From Mobula hypostoma (lineage: Eukaryota): 64,000 bases of DNA. The notes under the pieces are model-generated. The model searched no databases. It saw only the letters and a program-made list of their open reading frames with translations, and was not told the origin of the DNA. Of the stretch, positions 24,610-35,499 are shown one piece after another. The translations under genes and the position numbers were made by a program. The stretch spans positions 31,312,001 to 31,376,000 of the forward strand of contig NC_086109.1 of assembly GCF_963921235.1 (NCBI RefSeq), in the 5' to 3' direction. Each line of letters starts with the position of its first letter. Positions within the stretch are counted from its first letter, which is position 1.

Positions 24610-24848
24610 GTATAAGACAAATCATGGGTAGCTAAAATGTTTTTTAACAATAATTTTAGCTAAATGTTATTATTTGTTATTTTTTCAATTATTTATGTTT
24701 TAAATGGTTGATTGTTAATTAACTTTAAATATTACAGCATTATCAAGATAAATTCAAATTTTCAACATGTGTGACAACCAGGTATGTTAGTTCTTATTTG
24801 CTTTCTTATTTGATAGCTATTTTTCTGTATTTTTTCTGGCACTCCTAG

Positions 24849-24899
24849 ACTGTGGTACTTGGGGGATCTGGTTGTCACCACTGTGTAGTTACATTTTAG
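24849..24899 (+). pseudogene. Pseudo-exon E14
   Basis: ttttttctggcactcctag acceptor, TTAG|gtaaat donor; phase 1 to 1, no stop; DCGTWGIWLSPLCSYIL. Confidence 0.7.
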
Positions 24900-25299
24900 G
24901 TAAATCTACAAAACATAAATTTCAGCCATCTGTCAGAAAACTAGGTGACCTGAAACTAGTAAGAAATTCTGGACTATTATACTTCTTTCCATCACTATTT
25001 AATATAAGAAAACCTGGAATAGAAACACAATACAATTACCGCATGTATAAACTTTTAGCCATTATATAAGGTTTATTATTGTCTGCAAATTGTAAGCCTT
25101 ATTAAATAGAACTAAAATTGAATTTTTAACCTTGTCTCAACATTTATGATTTATTGCTAACGTGAAATAATTACTCATTGCCAGGAAAGCCACATCCCAG
25201 AGATTTACTCCTCAAACAGTGACATGCTTCTGTGTTATGAAATATGACACAGAAGTATAAATAATTAGCCATACAGATGTATTTTCATATCCTTTTTAG

Positions 25300-26299
25300 C
25301 CTTTTCAATTTTATAAATATATCTACCTTCAAAGCAAGAACAGTTAGAAATAAGTCAATCTAAATATTTATAGCTGACAAAGAAAACTGAAGAACTCTGC
25401 TATTATTTGCCATTCTGTCAGAAAACAACATTAAATTTCTGTTTTCCAATTTGAACAGAAGTGAAATACTTGTCCTCAGTGATCAAAATAAATATATGAT
25501 CAAAAACATACCTCACTAACTGCAGATGTAAGACAAAGTGTTAAAGTAGTATTTGCTACAGGTGATAGACAAAATAAAATCAACATTCCCTTAGGAATTG
25601 GATCTGTGTGTGGTACCCGAAATAGACTCGTATAGTTGGCCTTAAACACAAATCAATCTAGGAGATGTTTCTTTGCATTGCATAACAATAATATGCATAG
25701 AGAACGTACAGTAATGGTTCTACATATATACAGAGCAATGAAAAATGTATTGGATAGATGCTGTGTGTTAAATCGTGATGATACATTGAAGACCTTTTAA
25801 GTCATACTGGTTTGCCAATCTGCTCCTGGATTTGTTTCTTTATTTTGTGATTGATAAACAAAGGTTATGTGCCAATTTCTGGAATGCACCAATGAGTACA
25901 CAATGACATCATTATTGTGTGAGTGGGGGGAATCTTCAGACATATTGGAGGTGAATCTTGCATAGAACCAATGTCCATCTCCCAATAAACACTATTTGAA
26001 CCAAAACTGATTTCCAGTGTAATTTAATCAAGGGAAATATTTATGTCTATGTTTTGTGCAGACAAGAGTGTATAAAAAGCATTCAATTTCTAAGCAACTA
26101 TGTCTGATGACATGTTTGGGTTACACGTGGTTTGAATATAAAGTGAAAACAAATGTTTGAGAAAAGCTTGACTTTGTAATATCAATAATGTTGCAAGACC
26201 CCTGCAGTCAAATCTGCCCCTTATGCAACACTTTCGCCTCCTGTGTGATGAATGAGTAGCTTTTGGCACCGTCAAATTTTTTTTCCAGCACATTAAAAT
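25300..26299 (+). pseudogene. Pseudo-exon E15 (large, frameshifted; 3' end uncertain)
   Basis: ttttcatatcctttttag acceptor, phase 1. Long stop-poor frame at about 25492-25850: YDQKHTSLTADVRQSVKVVFATGDRQNKINIPLGIGSVCGTRNRLV*LALNTNQSRRCFFALHNNNMHRERTVMVLHIYRAMKNVLDRCCVL. Confidence 0.5.
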
Positions 26300-27274
26300 G
26301 TATAAAGTATTCTGTATAAACTACTATGAATTCTATTAACTATTTATTCGACCTTCAATGAGCTTGCAGGGCCACGATAACCTTGTTGCTCTTCATCCTT
26401 TCATGCTATTTAACTTTTAATTATTTTGTATTATTGTAGCTTTTTTAGTCTCCCAGCTCAATCATTTGTATGTGAGGTTATATTTTTAACCTCAAAATGT
26501 TAGGTCATTATGTTTCTTTAAACGGTTTTATTGTAAAATGAACAGCTGGTTTATTGTATATGACCTAGATAGAGAACACACAATCTTCCAAGGTCACCAC
26601 AAGCCAAGCAGTTAGACATGACTGAAAATAATATAGATTCTGTGTTTTCTTCCTTTGTGCATCATACATAACAGAAGGTGAAATAATATTATAGGTGTTT
26701 GCACTTTTCAAAAAGAGACTTCATTTGATTAATACATATAATTTTGTAAAAGTATAATAAAGAAATTCAAGAAAAGATAAATAACTATTAGCAGCCACAG
26801 GAAAGTTTTTTGTTCTGTAGCTTCAATCAGATTTTCTGTTATCATGGTCATCTTAATTACCACCTCTTATTTAAAAATGCTACTGTTTTACCTCTTTCAA
26901 ATTAACTGTGTGCTGAGGATATAGCCAACTGAGAAGTAAAAGAGCACAATGCATGTAGCAAATAATTAACTCATCAACAATGTTGAAGACATACTTAAGA
27001 GTTGGTAAACTAATTATGTACTGAGACTGTTGTGTTGTATTAAATTTTGTAAAACATTGACCGAATGTTTGTCCAGTTTAAAATAACAATTTAAATCTTT
27101 CTGAGCTTGTAGAGGGAAGAGTGTCTGTATAAGGTAAACACTGTAGGTCTGTTAATATCTAATGCTCAATAGTTCAATAGTTCCATTTTTATATCAGAGA
27201 ATATATACAATATACAACCTGAAATTCTTGTTCTTTGCATAATGTTTGCTGATAATAGCTGGTTTCTTTCTTAG

Positions 27275-27766
27275 TCTCATGCAGCATTAATGTGAGGATG
27301 TCTATTAATGACGAGATGTCTGTCCATCACCTTGAGAGCTAGGTTGATAGATTCTTTCTCAGTGTCAATCAAATGGCTTGATGGACTCCATTTTGGAATT
27401 GGTCTTATTGCTTATATGGAAAATTAATGCCCTTCTGTAAGTCCAACGAACGTTGTGTCCAAAACATTGGTGGATTAATGAATGAGAAGTGACTATTAAA
27501 GTGTCACGTTGATTTATAAGGGTATACTGAACACTGTGTTAATGAACACGTGTTGTTTGAATGAAAAAAATCAGACTGGCAGGAGAACAAAAGATCAAAG
27601 AGTTTGTTAGTTTCTGTGTGCCTGTCTACACTTGTGGAACTCATATTTATTAGGGTACCTTCCCCAAGTTCGTTGGACCTCAAACAAGGACCAGAAATTG
27701 CATCGGTGCCTGGCACCCAGGGGCAGTTTCATAAGTGATTTTCCCAGCAACAGAAGCAAACAAGTG
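27275..27766 (+). pseudogene. Pseudo-exon E16 (may instead end at the gtaagt after 27436)
   Basis: ggtttctttcttag acceptor; ...WTPFWNWSYCLYGKLMPF... then, after a frameshift, RLAGEQKIKEFVSFCVPVYTCGTHIY*GTFPKFVGPQTRTRNCIGAWHPGAVS. Confidence 0.5.
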
Positions 27767-27847
27767 GTAACTATGAATCATGAGCCCTGAAATATTTGTG
27801 ACTTACTATGTAGTATTTGTACTTTCTATTTTATGATAATAAATTAG

Positions 27848-28151
27848 GCTTACTTTAATTTGTTGTGCTTGTATGCTTATTACCACATCTCCTGGACACT
27901 CAAACTGTTTGGGTCTGATCAACCCAGCCCATCACAAATGTTAAACCTGATGGTTACCGGAAAAGATGCGTTTTCAGTCTGTCTGCATACTAATTTATTC
28001 AGTAATATCAACAGCATGCCTGTGCTCCCAGCTGCTGTAACCCGCTGTTACGGGACATTTTCTTCAACCTTGGGTTCGGTGTGACACTGTACTGAACATG
28101 CACTGGGAAAAGGAACTGTTTAGGGAATTTGAGTCGTTTACTGAACATTGA
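27848..28151 (+). pseudogene. Pseudo-exon E17
   Basis: ...PITNVKPDGYRKRCVFSLSAY*FIQ*YQQHACAPSCCNPLLRDIFFNLGFGVTLY*TCTGKRNCLGNLSRLLNI; GA|gtaata donor, phase 2, compatible with E18. Confidence 0.45.
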
Positions 28152-28199
28152 GTAATATGCTCTGGAGTTACAGCAGTATACTGGTTAAATTACTAAGTT

Positions 28200-28960
28200 T
28201 CCAATAATGAGACTTTCTGTACAGGTGCCTCTGAAATGTCGTTCTCTTCCCTGAACCAATTTCTCTTCTACCATGCTTACTGGGGCCTTTGAGCACACGT
28301 TATCTATTTCCTACACCTCTGCTCTCTTCCTCTCTTCCATGTCAAAGCAATGATCGGGTTCTCTGGACCTCACCTTCAGTCACTCTGAATGGATCATTCT
28401 CCCCAATTTCCACCATCTGCAAAGAAATTCACCCACCAGGAACATTATCTACTAGCCTCCATTTTCAGCATTACACAGTGACTGTTGCCTTCATGCCTCC
28501 CTGGCCTACTCTTCTGATACCACCAAATACTCATCTTTCTATAGTACTTTCCCTTGGCCACACAGATGATGCAAAACTTGTTCTTGTACATCTTTCCTTT
28601 TCAGCATCTAGGAACCCAAACAATCATTTCAGATGAATCAGTGATTCATTTGCACTTCTTCCAATCTAATATCCAGTATTCGGTATCCACAATGCCGTGT
28701 CCTCTAGTCTAGAGAAACCAAAAATAGATTGGCTGATCAAAGTGAAAAACATTTGCATTCAGTGCAGAAGTGAACAGAAACACTGAGCCATCTATTGCTT
28801 TCTACTTTAATTCCTCACCGCAATCCCACTCTGAACTATCAATCGGTGGCCGCCAGTGAGGCCCAACATAAGTTTGAGGAAAAGCACGTCCTATTCTGTC
28901 TGGACATTTAGCAGCCTTCTGGACTCAACATTGAATTCTAATTCATGCTTGAAGTCTGAT
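28200..28960 (+). mobile_element. Penelope-like element (GIY-YIG region), degraded
   Basis: Degenerate match to the PLE C-terminus (QRDPTTRHIFP-like, ETKNRLADQ, QHKFEEKHVLFCLD...PSGLNIEF). Confidence 0.7.
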
Positions 28961-29144
28961 TTCTCAGTCTGCATCAATCATACTTTGTAATATTAGCTTA
29001 GATTGTTTTTGTCTCTGTCTGGGAGTGGAGGACTTACTCAACCTGACCTGCTGGGCTTGTCCTCCTTCCCTGCAGTGAACAGCTCTAATATTCCTTTGTC
29101 AATGTTCTTTCATTTATGCTCTCCAAATGCATTCATTCACTTCC

Positions 29145-30050
29145 TAACACAAAAGATTCTACAGCTGCTGGAAATCCAGAGCAATATACACAAAGTGCTG
29201 GAGGAACTCAGCATGTCAGGCAGCATCTTTGGAAAAGAATAAGCATTCAATGTTTCAGGCCAAGACCCTTCAACAGGACTGGAAAGGAAGGGGATAATTC
29301 CAGAAAAAGAAGGTGGTGAGAGGGGAAGTAGAACAAGCTAGAAGGTGATAGCTGAAGTCAGATAGGTAGGAGAGGGGGGATGAAGGGAGGTGATAGCTGG
29401 AAAAGGCAACGGGATGAAGAAGGCATCTGATAAGAGAGGAGAGTGGACCATGGGAGAAAGGGAAGGAAGACCGGCTCTGGGGGGAGGGTGAGAGGCAGGT
29501 GAGGAGAAGAGGTAAGAGGCCGGAGTAGGGAAGTGAAGAAGAGGGAAGAGTGAGGAAAAAAATAGCAGAAGCTGGAGAAATTGATGTTCATGCCATTAAG
29601 TTGGAGGCTACCTAGACTGAATATGAGGTGTTGCTCCTCCAACCTGAGAGTGGCCTCATTGAGGCAGAAGAGAAGGACAAGAATGGGGATAGGAATTAAA
29701 ATTTTTGTCCACCAGGAGATTCTGCTTTTCATGGATGGGGCGGAAGTGCTCGACAAAGTGGTCTCCCAATTTATGCCACGTCTTCCTTCTAGTGCACAGG
29801 AGGCCACATCGGGAGCCCCAGGTACAATAGAGAACCCCAATGGATTTGCAGATGAAGTGTTGGGGTTCTGAATGGAGGTGAAAGAGGAGATGAATGGGCA
29901 GATGCAGCACTTTGACTGCTTGCAGGAGTAAATGCTAGGATGGAGATTAGTGGGAGGGACAAATGGACAGGGGAATAACGGAGGGAGTGATTCCTGTGGA
30001 TAGCGGAGGAGTGAGGAAGGTAAAGTTGTGTTTGGTGGTATGTCATTCAC
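29145..30050 (-). mobile_element. Penelope-like element 3' part
   Basis: ORFs 29656-29910 (GVLYCTWGSRCGLL...KLGDHFVEHFR) and 29358-30077 (EATLRLEEQHLIFSLGSLQLNGMNINFS); terminal repeat with a hammerhead-like core near 29250-29278. Confidence 0.85.
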
Positions 30051-30838
30051 ACACTGATAGTTAGAGCTTATCCCCATTGTTTTACCCTCGTGGAGCCACC
30101 CCCCAACAATTTTACCCCCACTTCTGAAGCTTTACAAGATACTCATATCGTCTTTTCATTTCTGGTGAAGAGTCTCCCATCTGAAACAGTCACCTGCTTC
30201 TCTTCCCAAGGTGTGGCCCAAGCTGCTGAATATTCCCAGCATTTCACGAGGAAATTCCCAGCATTTTCTGTTTTTGGTCATCTGCCACCTTTACAGTGTC
30301 TTTGTTTTTGTGACTTCTTAACTTTCACCTACTCTCTTCACTGGTACTAGATCATTTCAAAAGGCAAGTGCAGAAAAAGTACACCATGGTGAGTTACTAC
30401 TTTTGGTTAGAATCAATGTAAAATTTCAATCAATGCAAGTGAATCAAAGATAAAACTGCATATTGCATTTATTTTGCTTGCTGAAACTCTTATAGGCCTC
30501 TACAAGATCTCAAATTTGTTTTCAAATGTATTATTGTATGCATTGTTTTAAGTTTTAAAAAAAGAAGAAAATTTATTTAACAGAAACCCATAATGAGTTG
30601 CTTATAAGATATTATTAAATTTAAATTTTTGAGCGGATAAAGTAACTTGACAAGTTATAAAATCATACCAATGTTTCAAAAAATCTTTTTATAGTTGTTG
30701 CTGATATATTCCTTTCTATGAAACAAGCTGTTTCTGAAAAAAAATCATAATGCAGTATTTCCATCTTTAGAACTTTCAAGTAGATCATTTCTATTTTTAA
30801 TGAACTATTTGATTGAAGCTGATAAGTTCTTGTTACAG

Positions 30839-31474
30839 TCTACAAATCAGATAATCACATCTTCTTTGATTTTAAGCATCCTACCATTTAAATTTGCTAT
30901 CAATTATTTACAAACTGACCTTTAACCTTTACATACTGTTCGGGTCAAATTTGACTCGTTTTGACATTTGACAGCAGTAAAAACACCCTAAATGCCATTT
31001 TTTTAGCCGAAATTTGATGACTTTTCCTAAAGTGACCCAAAATGCGCAAAAATGAAACTATTTTAAAATTTTATGCTTTTGTACAGGTGCTACAAATTTT
31101 TGTACATTGAGGCTGTTCTGGGTCAAATTTGACCCGTATCTATTGAAATGGATTTTATATCTCTGAAACAGTAATTAAGGATTAATCAGGATTTATTAAT
31201 GTCAGATAGGCTATTTATATGTTCTAAATAGATCTGTGTTTCAAAATTTGGTATAGACGCTTGTTATGAGGGGATTCTTGGGCCGGTTCAAAATTGATGC
31301 GGACCATACCGTGGAAGTATAGAATATGAACAGGTTGCATGGGTTAAACCTGGGTTATTCTAGTCTACATCCTTTTACTTGTAGTGCAGTATCAAGTTTT
31401 TTTGATTATGGTCACATAATGATTATGTCAATGGGTTATCCAGGAATGTCTCCGCATGTTAGACTAAATATCTG
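30839..31474 (+). pseudogene. Pseudo-exon E18, interrupted by a piggyBac-like MITE
   Basis: ttcttgttacag acceptor. Removing 30926-31347 restores one frame, phase 2 to 2: LQIR*SHLL*F*ASYHLNLLSIIYKLTFKPGLF*STSFYL*CSIKFFDYGHIMIMSMGYPGMSPHVRLNI. Confidence 0.5.
30926..31343. mobile_element. piggyBac-like MITE
   Basis: TTAA duplications at 30922-30925 and 31344-31347; termini CCTTTACATACTGTTC / GAACAGGTTGCATGGG; internal GGGTCAAATTTGAC(C/T)C palindromes. Confidence 0.8.
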
Positions 31475-31875
31475 GTTTACTTTTTGAAATGTATAATCTT
31501 GGAAACTGATAATCAGAAACAAATCTTGATGAATTGGAGAATTGTTTAAAATCTCATTTAGTCCATGTATATCTTCTGCTTTGTCCTAGCCTCAGGGTAA
31601 AAAGGTTGACTCTTAACTGGCTTTTGAATGGCTGGGGAGCAAGTCCATTGTACTAAAATTACTGTAACCTCATTGAAAGGAGGATGTACCACAGATTTCT
31701 GAGGGAATTCAAGTCTGACCAATTAATGTTGGCCTCACCCCTGATCTCCACATTCTGAGAATGACAAATACATGATCTCTTGAATGACTGTGAGTCATGA
31801 CTGGATTATAATGGACTAGATTCAAAACTAGATGTAAAAAATAAATCAATTTCTATCCCTTTATCTCGTTCTGAG

Positions 31876-32155
31876 CCACATCTTTAATGGGTAACTTTGG
31901 CATTCAGATGTCATTAATCATGCAATAGTTGACTTCTTATGCAACAATTCCACCAGGGTTGTTCACTACCATATAACAATGCCCAAACCACTCGTCTCCT
32001 CTAGACCCTATCTGCTTGATAATTGCTACAGCAAAAACAGATCAGCCAGCTTTATATTAAATAATTGTACTTCTGTTTATGTTCATATTCCAACTGCTTA
32101 ACTGCAGTAGAAATTAAAAACAATAATTAGCGTGTCAGCAGTGGTATCATAGATG
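31876..32155 (+). pseudogene. Pseudo-exon E19
   Basis: ccctttatctcgttctgag acceptor, ATG|gtactg donor; phase 2 to 0; about 68 open codons: LWHSDVINHAIVDFLCNNSTRVVHYHITMPKPLVSSRPYLLDNCYSKNRSASFILNNCTSVYVHIPTA. Confidence 0.6.
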
Positions 32156-32914
32156 GTACTGTTGAGTGTGCATTATTTATAAAGCAAACATTATTATTCT
32201 GAGCATAAGTGTTGGTTTAAAACATTACTGTTAACCTCCTGACAAAATGCTCAGTTAGTATATCTTGACACATGACTTTTGATGCTATAGATAAGCATTA
32301 CTATATTTTCTTTGAATTTCACCTCCCATTCCTTGCATATAATGGAATACGAGCCTGTGCATCTTCATAGTCAGAATTGAACAAAATTATGTTTAAAGTG
32401 CTGAAACCTATAAACCTATCTGAAAGCTTAGTAGACCTGAGAGTCTAGGGCAGGTCCCTTTAAGGCCAATCAACTTTGGTGATCAACAGGGCAAAAATAA
32501 AAAGATAAAGGTTATCATTAGGTGATGTAAACAAAATTTAACTGCAAACGCACAAAATCTGAAATAAAACCAGGAAATGCTTTAAAAAATCAGCAGAGCA
32601 TGCAGCATCAGTGAAAATAATTGAAAGAAAACAGAATTAATGTTTCATACCTGAGATCTTACTTAATTAAAATATTGTCCAGCTGGCACATTTTGTATCG
32701 CAATAGGTCACAGCAGATGCGATCACAATGGCTCTCCATTTGGCCTGGTACCACATGGACTCATCAGTACTAATCAACGAGCTTCAAAACCTGAGCCTCT
32801 GCAAGTGGATCCTTGACTTTCTCATCAGGAGACTAGAATTATTGCGGGTCAGATATAACATCTCCTCCTCACTGACAATCAACACCAGCGCATCTCACGG
32901 ATAGATGCTTAGCC

Positions 32915-34317
32915 CAGACATCCCAATCTGCAAAAGCTCATTTCAGGGAGGTAGCACCACCATTTCAGGGAGGTAGCACCCTCGCCCCACGCAACCCCAT
33001 ATCCTCACCCACACCCCCCCCCACGGTCAACCTCCAAGGGTGTATGTAATACTTTGTTTAGTGATTTTGTCTAATCTGTAAATCAAGTTGGGTATATGCA
33101 GAAAATGTGACATTAAAATATGTACTTATATTATATTATCATGTTTATTCTATTACAATTTTAAGCAAGTCTACAGGGAGTTTGGCCTCATCATGTAGGA
33201 CATCAATAGAGTAGCTCCTTAGCAGCTAGCTAGCTAGTTTAAATAACGTTAGCTATGCTATTGAACGAATGACACCTGTTAAACTCACCTCAACATGTCT
33301 TTTACACTTTAACCCACCATGGGCAATAGAAAAGTCACTGTTGAAAACAGTGCAGTGGGGAACACTGTCATTATTTTTGAGGTGGACTGTAAAGCCCGCC
33401 CACAGAGAAAACTGATAGGTCTACTTAGCAGGGGTCCGCAATAGTTTTTGCACCGCAGACCGGTTTAATATTGACAACATTCTTGCGGATCGGCTGACCG
33501 GGGGCCGGGGTGTTAATCACAACCGGAATATAGGTGATAAGTCAATTGCATCATAACATTTTAAGTAACGCTTGGATATTAAACACACAGCTTATATTTT
33601 CCCCATATGAACATATAAAATCATTGCAACACACCAATATTACTGAATCAGTGGGAGCCCTGGGCTTGTTTTCCTGCAACAACACAGTCCTATCGAGGGG
33701 TGATGGGAGACAGCGATACTCGAACAGGGTTCCTTATGTCCAGTTTATTCCGCAATTTAGTTTTCGTTGCATTCATTGCAGAAATCTCCGCTTCACAGAG
33801 ATATGTTGGAAATGGAAGCAACACTTTCAGTGTTTTTGTGGCTATCTCAGGATATTCAGCCTTGACTTTGATCCAGAATGCCAGCAGAGATGTTATGTCA
33901 AACATACTTTTCAGCCCACCGTTATTTGAAAGCTGGAGGAGTTGATCTTTTTCCCGCGCTGACACAGATGATTCACCGGGGACATTCACAAATGAGTCAC
34001 GGACCCATTCCTTTGCACGTCTTGGGTCTCTGATGACCTTGCGTGCGTTAATATTCAACAGTGCGTGACAGGGAATGAGGAAAGGTACAGCTGACTCATA
34101 TCATTTCATATCGCCAAATCATATTGTTTCCTCGCAGCCCGGTGGTTGGGGACCACTCTTAGCACGAAGAGAAACCAATTAGGATGCTCGCTCTCCCTCT
34201 CCCTCTCCCGCTCAAAAAAATCTATTTCCGGAATATTGTATATAATTTCCGGGCGTCAGGGAGCCACTATCAATATGCGGGAGACTTCCGGAACTTCCAG
34301 GAGAGGTGGGATGTCTG
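32915..34317. mobile_element. Non-autonomous DNA transposon, probably hAT
   Basis: Perfect 11-bp TIRs CAGACATCCCA...TGGGATGTCTG; imperfect target duplication ttagcc/ttaacc. Confidence 0.75.
33429..34157 (-). mobile_element. hAT Charlie/Buster element, deleted
   Basis: CAGGGGTCCGCAA...GGTTGGGGACCACT termini; ORF 33690-34058 (AFWIKVKAEYPEIATKTLKVLLPFPTYLCEAEISAMNATKTKLRNKLD) is a Buster-type transposase C-terminus; cttag duplicated at the flanks. Confidence 0.88.
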
Positions 34318-35499
34318 TTAACCTGATGCTCTAGTCTCTCTACACTGATGATTGTGTGGCATACACAGACCTCAAACATCACCTATAGATTTGCCGATGC
34401 CACAACTGCTGTTGGCAGAACCTTAGATGGTGATGAGGAGGTGTACGGGAGTATGATAGATCGGCGGGGTGAGTGATACTGCAACAACAACCATGCACTC
34501 AACATCAGTAAGACCAAAGACTTGATTGTGGACTTCAGGATGGGTGAGTGAGAAACACAAATCATTCCTCAATGAGGGATCAGCAGTGGAAATGGTGAGG
34601 TGTTTCAATCCTGGGTGTCAACATCTCTGACGATCTACCCTGGGCCCAATGTATTGATACAATTAGAAGAAAGCACATCAGTGACTATATTAGGAGCTTG
34701 AGAAGATTTGGTATGTCACCAAAGACTCGAGCAAATTTCTACAGATGTAGTGTGGAAATCGTTCTAATTGGTTGCAACACCGTCTGGTACGGAGGGGCTA
34801 CTGCACAGACTTAGGAAAAGCTGAAGAAGTTTGCAACCTCAGCCAGCTCACTCATGGGCACTAGCTTCCTAAACATTGAGGACATCTTCAAAAGATGGTA
34901 CCTCAAAGAAGGCATTATCCATCAATAAGAACCACCATCACCCAGGACATGCTTTGCTCTTACTACTGATATCAGAGAGGAGGTACAGGGGCCTGAAGAC
35001 ATGCTCTCAATGTTTTAGGAATAGTCTCTTCCTCTCTGTAATCAAATTTCTGAATGGGCAACGAGCCACCCATGAATACCACCTCACTATACTGCTCTAT
35101 TTTTGCACTACTTATTTAATTACTTAAATATATTTCCTCTTGTAATTTATAGGGTTTTTTTGATGTGCTGCACCTGATTCTGATTCTGATAGCTTGACAC
35201 ACTTCCTTCTCTAGGTCCGGAACTGAACTTTGCAATTACAGTTCACATTTATTTGGAAATACCTCTAAGCTCTATTATTATAGTGATTTACAATCATAGT
35301 TATAGTGCAAACAGAAATAGGTCCTGTGGCCTACCACATCCATTGTCATTTTTTCCCCCATTTGCACTAATTCTATTTACCCACATTGGAAACCTATCCT
35401 TCCATGTCATCTCTTATCAATTGCCTGTATAAACATTTCTTAAACTTATTTATTATACATGATTCCACCATCTCTTTTGACAGTGAATTTAAGATATCA

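Larger units (their letters stand above)
32690..35190 (+). mobile_element. Rex1/Babar LINE fragment split by nested DNA transposons
   Basis: LCKWILDFLIRR before 32915; after 34317 the RT continues with SLYTDDCVA, YRFADATTAVG and LNISKTKDLIVDFR. Confidence 0.8.

Noticed and set aside
27695..27725. CIGAWHP motif identical to ribosomal protein L3
   Set aside because: Only seven residues; the flanks do not resemble RPL3, so it is treated as coincidence.
33690..34058. Domesticated ZBED5/SCAND3/FAM200-like gene
   Set aside because: A short C-terminal fragment within Charlie TIRs, nested in other TEs.
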